This document shows, in pieces, positions 47,743 through 55,967 of a DNA stretch of 64,000 nucleotides. The notes beneath the pieces are model-generated. The model was given only the letters and a program-made list of their open reading frames with translations, made no database searches and was not told the DNA's origin. The position numbers were made by a program, and so were the translations under genes. Source of the stretch: Rhodospirillales bacterium (GTDB lineage: Bacteria; Pseudomonadota; Alphaproteobacteria; Rhodospirillales; JAPHRK01); the NCBI GenBank assembly GCA_026196105.1, contig JAPHRK010000035.1:2341-66340 (forward strand), written 5' to 3'. Position 1 is the first letter of the stretch. The number at the start of each line of letters is the position of its first letter.

Positions 47743-48729
47743 CTACTGGCTAGTCGCTGGAGAAAGGATTACGTCACCATCATTCAAGCCAGACAGAATT
47801 TCAATATCACCCCCATCAACTGCCCCCGACTCAACGACAACTTCACCAATCCCTTTAAGAGTGACAAAGGCCAAACCAAATTTTCTGAAGAGATAGTTTT
47901 TCGGGATCATAAGAGTCTCATACTTACCCGTTGGGACATAAACGGCTGTACGTTCACCAACAAAAAAGTCACCGAGCCCTTCCACTTCCACATCAGCAAC
48001 CACTCGGCCATTATCCATTTGCGGATAGACTTGGCGCACGGTTCCTTCTTTTGAAGTGTCATTTGTTCCCCTTTGCCCAACACGAACATTCTCACCAGCT
48101 TTTAAAAAACGAGCATGGCGTTCAGGTAAGTGCATACGCAAGCGATAGGCTTCCTGAGCAATGGTGCCGATAGCTTCTCCTGGCAAGACCACAGCCCCAT
48201 CGGTGACATTCACCTTAAGTACGCGCCCTGTTGTTGGGGCCAGAACTTTACCTTCAGAGAGACGTTGCAACACTAGATCCCGCTCGGCCATCATAGCTTT
48301 AAGGTTTTTGTCGACCACATCCACATTGGTTTGGGCTTCATCAAGACGGGCCTGGCTTCCAGCTCCTGCTTTGCGAAGTTTGGTGGCACGGTTTAAGTCT
48401 AAGACAGCAAGTTTCTTTTGCGAGCGCAATGAAGATATCCGCGCATCGACAGCGACTAACTCAAGTTTCAATTTTGGATCTTCCACCAAGGCAACTACAT
48501 CCCCAGCAAAGACTGTAACGCCCTCATCAATAACCAGTTCTTTAACAGTCCCGCCAATCCGGGTACGCGCTTGAACAACATCCACACTCTCTACCGTCGC
48601 AAAGACCGCTTTATATTGGTCAACGGATTTCATCTTAACGGTGAATGCTTCTCCCGCGGTTGCTATTCCAGTTTGGGTTATCAAGAGACCAACAAACACA
48701 GCAGCTTTTAGAAAGAGAGGACGGGTCAT
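47743..48729 (-). CDS. RND efflux periplasmic adaptor (membrane fusion protein)
   Basis: Signal/anchor N-terminus, a coiled-coil hairpin region and beta-barrel domains. It sits immediately upstream of the RND gene. Confidence 0.9.
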   Translation of the reverse strand: MTRPLFLKAAVFVGLLITQTGIATAGEAFTVKMKSVDQYKAVFATVESVDVVQARTRIGGTVKELVIDEGVTVFAGDVVALVEDPKLKLELVAVDARISSLRSQKKLAVLDLNRATKLRKAGAGSQARLDEAQTNVDVVDKNLKAMMAERDLVLQRLSEGKVLAPTTGRVLKVNVTDGAVVLPGEAIGTIAQEAYRLRMHLPERHARFLKAGENVRVGQRGTNDTSKEGTVRQVYPQMDNGRVVADVEVEGLGDFFVGERTAVYVPTGKYETLMIPKNYLFRKFGLAFVTLKGIGEVVVESGAVDGGDIEILSGLNDGDVILSPATSQ

Positions 48730-48763
48730 TTTATTTTCCTAAATTATTTTTTGTAACTTCTAC

Positions 48764-48792
48764 TTGACATATATATCAGAATTAACTAATTT
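48764..48792 (+). promoter_or_regulatory. candidate sigma70 promoter of arsR-like gene (predicts a leaderless mRNA)
   Basis: TTGACA (48764-48769), a 17-nt spacer, then TAATTT (48787-48792). The ATG at 48800 lies about 7-8 nt downstream of the -10, and no Shine-Dalgarno sequence is visible. Confidence 0.4.
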
Positions 48793-48799
48793 AGCAAGT

Positions 48800-49135
48800 A
48801 TGAATATAAAAGAACTTCAGAAAAATGCAGGCAAGACTGCAGATTTGCTTAGGGCCATAGGAAATGAGCACCGACTGAAAATCCTTTGTTTCCTTGGAGA
48901 TGGAGAAAGTTCAGTAGGAGATCTTGAACCTTTAGTCGGCTTAAGGCAATCGGCTTTATCGCAACACTTAGGCGTGTTGCGTGAATACGGCTTGGTTAAA
49001 ACCCGCCGCAGTGCCCAAACCATCATCTACTCTTTAGCTGATGGTGATGTGGTCAAGATTATAGGCGCGTTGAAAACCATCTGTATGACGAAGTTCGCTT
49101 TTAATGATAATGACGAAGAAAAGGGTAATTTATGA
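48800..49135 (+). CDS. ArsR/SmtB family transcriptional regulator (YgaV/BigR-like)
   Basis: LLRAIGNEHRLKILCFL and SVGDLEPLVGLRQSALSQHLGVLREYGLV form a winged HTH. Start moved to ATG 48800. Confidence 0.86.
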   Translation: MNIKELQKNAGKTADLLRAIGNEHRLKILCFLGDGESSVGDLEPLVGLRQSALSQHLGVLREYGLVKTRRSAQTIIYSLADGDVVKIIGALKTICMTKFAFNDNDEEKGNL

Positions 49136-49332
49136 CAATCGGACGGATTATTAATGCTTTTGCTGGCTTCATGGTTCTCGCAAGCTTAGCTTTAGGCCAT
49201 TATCACCACGAAAACTGGCTTTGGCTCACCGCTTTTGCGGGCGCTAACCTCTTTCAATCCGCATTCACAGGCTTTTGCCTTCCCGCAATTATCTTGCGTA
49301 AACTTGGAGCGAAGCCCGGCACGGCTTTTTAA
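49132..49332 (+). CDS. DUF2892 (YgaP C-terminal-like) small membrane protein
   Basis: 66 aa with two TM segments and the motif NLFQSAFTGFCLPAIILRKLG. ATGA overlap with the arsR-like gene. Confidence 0.78.
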   Translation: MTIGRIINAFAGFMVLASLALGHYHHENWLWLTAFAGANLFQSAFTGFCLPAIILRKLGAKPGTAF

Positions 49333-49361
49333 GTCACCGGTCGCATAATTCCAAGCTGAGT

Positions 49362-49413
49362 GGCGGTGGGGTTACCTCCCCCCCGAAGCGACCCTACCGC
49401 CCTCTTTATTTTT
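49362..49413 (+). terminator. candidate terminator between convergent genes
   Basis: GGCGGTGGGGT ... ACCCTACCGCC, an 11-bp stem with 1 mismatch and an 18-nt loop containing a C7 run, followed by CTCTTTATTTTTTT. Confidence 0.5.
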
Positions 49414-49797
49414 TTAGGTAATTCCTGCCCAAGCAAACCCACCAACAGCAAAAAATAATATCCACTGGAATTGTTTATAAATAGCTCCTGGTAAACCCGA
49501 AGTGGTCATAAGTAATAAATGAATACCGCCCCAAGCGGCAAATTGCAGTCCAAGAAATACGATTAGAAATTCCCATCGTTGATCTGCTCCCCCAACGTAA
49601 CCTGCATAAAGAAGCACTAATGGTGGTCCGACCAGGGTGACTGTCGACATGTGCCATACAAACCCCATCATTCGCTTAGCCGTTGGATCAAAAGGTGCAT
49701 CGACCATCGGTAAAAAGAACTGCTTTCGACCTATTGTACTGTGCCCTACCAGCATAAACGTAGCAATAAACCCGGAAATAAGGAGGTAGGTATTCAT
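49414..49797 (-). CDS. hypothetical 4-TM membrane protein
   Basis: 127 aa with four hydrophobic segments. It overlaps the upstream ORF by 1 nt. No family recognised. Confidence 0.6.
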   Translation of the reverse strand: MNTYLLISGFIATFMLVGHSTIGRKQFFLPMVDAPFDPTAKRMMGFVWHMSTVTLVGPPLVLLYAGYVGGADQRWEFLIVFLGLQFAAWGGIHLLLMTTSGLPGAIYKQFQWILFFAVGGFAWAGIT

Positions 49798-50117
49798 CAG
49801 GAGCTTCCAAGGCTCATGGTATTAGTTTGGACCATATTTTTGAAAACTGTTGTTTTTGGAGCACCTCCCGCAAACTCTTTCACCTTGCCAGCGAATTCAG
49901 CAAAAAACGGTTGGCTTTGCAAATGAGCAAGAGTTCCTTCCTCATCCCATTGGCCTATATGGAGACGACCGGAGCCATCTTTGCGGATATTTACCTGATA
50001 GATAAAACGCCCATTTAGGCGGTCATCTTCGTTAATCTTATCAATAAATGTATCTATTGTTTTCTGCCAATTAGCTTCGTCGCCAGAAAAATCATATTCG
50101 ATCACAATACCAAACAT
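49797..50117 (-). CDS. hypothetical small soluble protein
   Basis: 106 aa, MFGIVIEYDFSGDEANWQKTIDTF... Possibly a ferredoxin-like (ABM/Dabb) fold, but that is a guess. It is divergent from the LysR gene. Confidence 0.55.
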   Translation of the reverse strand: MFGIVIEYDFSGDEANWQKTIDTFIDKINEDDRLNGRFIYQVNIRKDGSGRLHIGQWDEEGTLAHLQSQPFFAEFAGKVKEFAGGAPKTTVFKNMVQTNTMSLGSS

Positions 50118-50213
50118 GGGGTTCTACTCCTTAAAAATTCATCATTTCACCACTTGCCATTAATATAGGCCTCATCAAGATAATGATAAAATTTATTTTA
50201 CTCATATCATTAT

Positions 50214-50228
50214 ATTGATATAATCAAT
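50214..50228. promoter_or_regulatory. LysR-type T-N11-A dyad
   Basis: ATTGATataATCAAT contains T-N11-A with 6-bp inverted arms. It ends 3 nt upstream of the LysR ATG, in the divergent promoter region. Confidence 0.4.
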
Positions 50229-50230
50229 AT

Positions 50231-51500
<1,270 letters not shown>

Positions 51501-51529
51501 TTAAACTTCTTTGACCCGTAGCCACTCTT

Positions 51530-53059
51530 TTAGCCGCCGTTAACGAGCTCTACAAAGCGGTTTGTTGATCCTGAGTTAATCCACTGCATTGCACAACCCA
51601 ACTCAAAGTCTTCATTCTCTTTGCCTGCTAAATCTTTATTCATCACAGGTTTGCAAATCTTTGCCTTAATGGAGAGTTGTGGCACATCCATATTTTTTGA
51701 AATTTTCTTCAAAGCATTTGGATAGTCAATTTCTCGCCTATGAGGAGTTTTTTCATCCTCTTCTTTTTTCTCTACCGTTAAAAGAATATCTGGTTCTACA
51801 CCGTTGGCCTGAATAGCTTGGCCTTTAGGAGAGTAGTAGAGCTGCGTGGTCAGCTTCAAAATACCATCATTACGCATGGGCACGAGAGTTTGTACCGAGC
51901 CCTTACCAAATGAGCGTCGCCCCATAACCAAGGCACGGCCGCTCTCTTTCAACGCGGCTGAAACAATTTCAGAAGCAGAGGCAGAACCTTCATTAATGAG
52001 GACGATAACGGGTAAACCATTGGCTAAATCACCATTGGAAGCTCCATAAACCCGTTCCCGGCTTTTGTTACGCCCTCTAATAGAAACAATTGTCCCATCG
52101 TCAATGAAAGCGTCTGAAAGAATAACCGATTGGGAAAGAAGCCCCCCCGGATTGTTGCGCAAATCAAGCACTATCCCCTTAAGGCGATTACCGAGTTTAT
52201 CTTTAATTCCATCAACAGCTTTTTCGATTTCGGGTTCGACTTTTTCCGTAAACTTAATCACCCGAATGTAGCCAATATCCCCTTCAGTACGCCACCTCAT
52301 AGCCTCAACCTGAACAATAGCCCTAACAATTTTCAAGTCAAAAGGAGCTTCTTTACCTCTAAGGACTGTGATGACAATGGGGGTCCCTGGTGTACCACGC
52401 ATATGGGTTACAGCCTTCATTAAAGGCCAGTCAGCAACAGATTCTCCATCGAGATGGGTAATTAAATCTCCCGCTTGTACCCCTGCTCGTGCAGCTGGCG
52501 TATCAGCTATAGGGGCGATAACATTCACCCCTTCCTTCTTCATAGTTACGGAGATACCAAGGCCGCCAAATTCCCCTTTAGTATTGGCATACAAAGTTCG
52601 GCTTTCTTCTGGGTTTAGATAAGCCGAATGGGGGTCAAGGGAGGTTGTAAGAGCATCAAGAGCGGCTTCAATAACTTCATCACCCGTTGCGACAGGTTCT
52701 TTCTCTTTGAGCTTCTCCACCCCATCAATAGCAGCGGTTATCATATCTACGTCAGAATTGGTATGGACATGGTTAGCGCGAATATACCGAATGGCTTCAG
52801 AAAAAAATTCAAGCTGTTCTTCGTCAGCATCTTCCCCAAGGTAACCAACATAAACCTCGTGAAACCGCTCAATTTCTTTGACCGTACTTTCTGGGAGGCC
52901 GTAGTCCGCACCAATAATCGTCCCTATAGCGCGCTTGACCACCGGATACTGTGAAGAGCACCCACTTAAAGACGGAGAGAGCACGGCACCTAATAAGATA
53001 CCGAGGAAGATAACAATAATAGGTCGGTACGGACGATTTTTCATATTGGGCGAAAACAT
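51530..53059 (-). CDS. ctpA: S41 family C-terminal processing peptidase, lipoprotein
   Basis: Lipobox LSGCSS, a PDZ region (GVQAGDLITHLDG) and the catalytic-serine region GSASASEI. Confidence 0.88.
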   Translation of the reverse strand: MFSPNMKNRPYRPIIVIFLGILLGAVLSPSLSGCSSQYPVVKRAIGTIIGADYGLPESTVKEIERFHEVYVGYLGEDADEEQLEFFSEAIRYIRANHVHTNSDVDMITAAIDGVEKLKEKEPVATGDEVIEAALDALTTSLDPHSAYLNPEESRTLYANTKGEFGGLGISVTMKKEGVNVIAPIADTPAARAGVQAGDLITHLDGESVADWPLMKAVTHMRGTPGTPIVITVLRGKEAPFDLKIVRAIVQVEAMRWRTEGDIGYIRVIKFTEKVEPEIEKAVDGIKDKLGNRLKGIVLDLRNNPGGLLSQSVILSDAFIDDGTIVSIRGRNKSRERVYGASNGDLANGLPVIVLINEGSASASEIVSAALKESGRALVMGRRSFGKGSVQTLVPMRNDGILKLTTQLYYSPKGQAIQANGVEPDILLTVEKKEEDEKTPHRREIDYPNALKKISKNMDVPQLSIKAKICKPVMNKDLAGKENEDFELGCAMQWINSGSTNRFVELVNGG

Positions 53060-53143
53060 CCCACATAAGGGTTACAAAGTCGATAACTTAGAACACTTTA
53101 TGTAAGGATGTTTTGTCCAAAAAGCTAGATTTAAGCTAATAGA

Positions 53144-53659
53144 TTAGATAGACGATTTCTTTTCGGCATAGGCCATTGTCAATTCATCTTCTTCGTCTGG
53201 ATCGATGATTTGGTCTAAGGCTGGGAGAAAGCCCATTTCTTCTTTTTGAATATGGAAAACTTCACGTTCAACAATTTCAAGGCCAAGATCGTAGAAAATT
53301 TCCCATGTTTGCTGATCAAACCCGTCGGTTTTAGCTTTTTTAGCCATATCCGTTAATTGCTTGGCAAGAGGGCGAATAACGTCATGTTCGCCTTTAAGCA
53401 TCATAGGAATTGCGTTGTCAGCGGCTGCCGCGAAACGAGGGAAAAGATACTCTTCTTCAAAAGCGAAGTGCCCCGTGATTTCTGCGGTCATAATTGCTGT
53501 CATATCGTTAAGCATAGAGCGCATTTCATCGTTAATCTCTGTTGGGCAATTACCTTTGCCTTGCTTAGAGATCGTTGATTCCATCTTCTCCAGTAGTGCC
53601 AGTGTCGCAACATGGTCATCATGGAGGGAGTTTACAAATTTCAAGTCAAACTGCTGCAT
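53144..53659 (-). CDS. hemerythrin-domain protein
   Basis: Two H-x3-E motifs (HFAFEEE, HIQKEE) plus LHDDH and GEHDV His residues. The 171-aa length is typical of an HHE cation-binding domain. Confidence 0.78.
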   Translation of the reverse strand: MQQFDLKFVNSLHDDHVATLALLEKMESTISKQGKGNCPTEINDEMRSMLNDMTAIMTAEITGHFAFEEEYLFPRFAAAADNAIPMMLKGEHDVIRPLAKQLTDMAKKAKTDGFDQQTWEIFYDLGLEIVEREVFHIQKEEMGFLPALDQIIDPDEEDELTMAYAEKKSSI

Positions 53660-53673
53660 AGTAAATTCTTTCT

Positions 53674-54987
53674 TTAAGCTGTCGTCGTTTCCGAAGGCGC
53701 GGCTTTCGGCGCTTCAGGAATATTATGATAGGTTCTATAGGACTTGACGATTGCCAAGGTAAACCACAGAAAACCAATTGATCCAATTACCCCGGAAATA
53801 GCACCCCCTTGTATAAAGAGTGTTTGATTTAGGACAATTCCAAGGGAAATAAATAAAACTGCGATGCCATGGCACACAGCATGGATTTTGAGCGATGTCT
53901 CACTAGCCATTTCTGACAAACGAGGCGCTTTGACGCCTTTCTTATTCATGTTCATTGAAGCGAGGAACGGAATAACTCTTTGGAGAATTCCTGTCAGGAA
54001 AGTAAGGAGCCAACCAAACAATGCTAAAAAACCAAACAAGGTAACAACATTATCGCCGGCTGTATCAATAACTGCTAAGGCGCCTATTAAAAGTGTAACA
54101 ATCAACATCACCCAACCGGCTTTAACCATGACAAATGAAAGTCCAAGTTTTTTGCGCATGCCGTTTTTGAGGGACCAATTCATCGTCCAAATATGCATCC
54201 CTGCCGCTACGAGACCTAAGATAATCGCAGCAAACTGTACAACGGCAAGAGAGGATAAAGTACCAACAACTGCCAGAATCAAGGCACCCACAGAAATCTC
54301 AAAAGAAGCAAAACCAGGCTTTTCAGGTGGTGCAGGCGACAAGGCAAACATGGGAACCAGTATGTGGCTAAACCCAAAAGTTAGCATCCCCATAAAGCCA
54401 AAAACCGCAAGAATAAGATGGGCCATGCCAATAGCACTATGCTCAGGTAAGATTCCGTGTTCAAAATCAACGATAAGCAGGAAGCCTAAAACAAAAAGAG
54501 CAATTAATGACAGCAAGCCAACCCAAGTGTGGGAAAGTGCCATCTTAAGGCTATTTGACCGGGCCAAAATATCACCAACAACAACGATATAAACTACCAA
54601 GGCAGCAATTGTCAGAAACGCCCCTCCGACCTGAACGTGATGATCACCTGAAGTAAAGCCATGGATCAGTATTAAGATACCCGGCAAATAAAGCCACCAT
54701 GCTAGCTTACAAGCCCAGAGCCACTTATGCGCAGCCCCTGTCGCAACTGTTAAGAGCTGAAATGACGCCCCAATAGCAGTCATCACAAAAACACCGAGAG
54801 TTAAGAGATGGATGGCTCCCAGAGGCAAACCAGGACCACCAATGAAGCTTTGAGCATCTTCAGCGCCAAGGAATAGAACGACCCAAACAAAAATATGGAA
54901 AACCGCTGCAGCAATAAAAAACCGAAACGGTAATGAAGGAGGGAGAAGCCGCGACTGGGCTCCCATAAGAATTGTACCAGGAAACAT
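53674..54987 (-). CDS. uncharacterised polytopic membrane protein (about 12 TM, conserved intramembrane His)
   Basis: 437 aa with about 12 hydrophobic segments by eye. Recurring helix motifs are IHLLTLGVFVMTAIGASFQLL and AHLILAVFGFMGMLTFGFSHILVPMF. Size and topology resemble NnrS, but homology was not verified. Confidence 0.72.
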   Translation of the reverse strand: MFPGTILMGAQSRLLPPSLPFRFFIAAAVFHIFVWVVLFLGAEDAQSFIGGPGLPLGAIHLLTLGVFVMTAIGASFQLLTVATGAAHKWLWACKLAWWLYLPGILILIHGFTSGDHHVQVGGAFLTIAALVVYIVVVGDILARSNSLKMALSHTWVGLLSLIALFVLGFLLIVDFEHGILPEHSAIGMAHLILAVFGFMGMLTFGFSHILVPMFALSPAPPEKPGFASFEISVGALILAVVGTLSSLAVVQFAAIILGLVAAGMHIWTMNWSLKNGMRKKLGLSFVMVKAGWVMLIVTLLIGALAVIDTAGDNVVTLFGFLALFGWLLTFLTGILQRVIPFLASMNMNKKGVKAPRLSEMASETSLKIHAVCHGIAVLFISLGIVLNQTLFIQGGAISGVIGSIGFLWFTLAIVKSYRTYHNIPEAPKAAPSETTTA

Positions 54988-55799
54988 TAATTATACTCTT
55001 TTCTCAATCGCAGGAAGAATTCTTCTCCTCCCTTCCCATCAGGGGCAGAGGCTTCCACTTCAAAAGTCCATCCAATGTCATTAAGTTCTGGGGCCAGATA
55101 TATTGGCTCCCGATGGATAAGTACGGTCAATTCGTCTCCAACATCAGCACTGTGCAACCGCTTAAGGATTGTCACCAAAGGCTGGGGAGGCTCTAAGCCT
55201 CTAACATCAATATCTGCCGTACCCAAAGAGGCATGGCCTGAAATATCTTTATCAATTTTTTTCACGTCATTTTGCATTACATATTCCCGGCGAAAATAGA
55301 TACGCCAATGCTCTGCGGAAATCTGTTCCGCAAAGCTTTTGAAACCCATTCCCCCAAGAACACTCTTCAATGGCGCAGGATCAAACGGTGCATCCAAAAC
55401 AACCCTACTTTCAGGATTAAGGGGGCGCAGTGCCTCCATTATCCGTCCTAAAGGATCATCGCCATTCTTCACTATCGGTCGCACATCCAAGACAACCTCA
55501 GCCGTCTCTTCCGTTAAACCGTCAATCCATTGCGGCCTAGACGTTTCTCCTTTGTCTGGAGCAGTATTTGAGTCATTGCCACAATTAACAAAAGACACAA
55601 AAGCATCTGGGGCAACCTCAGCCAACTGCGCTGCAGCTACCAGAGTCAGTCCCTCTAGGCCTTCCTCACTTTTCCCTAATTTTTTTAATCCGGTAAAAAC
55701 CGGATTAAGCATGATAAGCCGATTAATAAGGTTTGAATCCCACTTCAAAGCCTCGTCAAGCTTATCTCCCTGTTGAAATACTCTTTTTTTATCGACCAA
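54987..55799 (-). CDS. DUF1858-like N-terminal domain plus two DUF2249-like modules
   Basis: TTG start. Modules begin VVLDVRPIVKNGDDPLGRIMEAL... and ADIDVRGLEPPQPLVTILKRLHSADVGDELTVLIHREP..., resembling TusA-like DUF2249. The stop overlaps the next gene's ATG (TAATG). Confidence 0.62.
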   Translation of the reverse strand: MVDKKRVFQQGDKLDEALKWDSNLINRLIMLNPVFTGLKKLGKSEEGLEGLTLVAAAQLAEVAPDAFVSFVNCGNDSNTAPDKGETSRPQWIDGLTEETAEVVLDVRPIVKNGDDPLGRIMEALRPLNPESRVVLDAPFDPAPLKSVLGGMGFKSFAEQISAEHWRIYFRREYVMQNDVKKIDKDISGHASLGTADIDVRGLEPPQPLVTILKRLHSADVGDELTVLIHREPIYLAPELNDIGWTFEVEASAPDGKGGEEFFLRLRKEYN

Positions 55800-55935
55800 A
55801 TTTTTGCCGCCAAGTATTCCTTAAAAAACCTTTATGAAGCCCTGCTGAGCCCATCTTTCGTCACCTCTTTAAAACTTTAATAGCTTTAAAGCAAGCAGGA
55901 GAATTCATCTATAACTTTTGTCAAACAGAGGCTCC

Positions 55936-55949
55936 TTGACGACAATCAA
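55936..55949. promoter_or_regulatory. FNR/Dnr/NnrR-type box
   Basis: TTGACgacaATCAA is a 9/10 match to TTGAT-N4-ATCAA with a perfect TTGA-N6-TCAA core. It is centred ~143 bp upstream of the TTG start at 55799. Confidence 0.55.
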
Positions 55950-55967
55950 GATACAATAAATTTTGCC

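Noticed and set aside
49378-49384. C7 homopolymer as a possible phase-variation tract
   Set aside because: It lies in the loop of an intergenic terminator hairpin between convergent genes, not in a coding region or promoter spacer.
53864-54592. 242-aa ORF antisense to the 12-TM membrane protein gene
   Set aside because: This is a shadow ORF. The sense strand gives a coherent series of hydrophobic helices, while the antisense product is Lys/Pro/Thr-rich with no recognisable domain.
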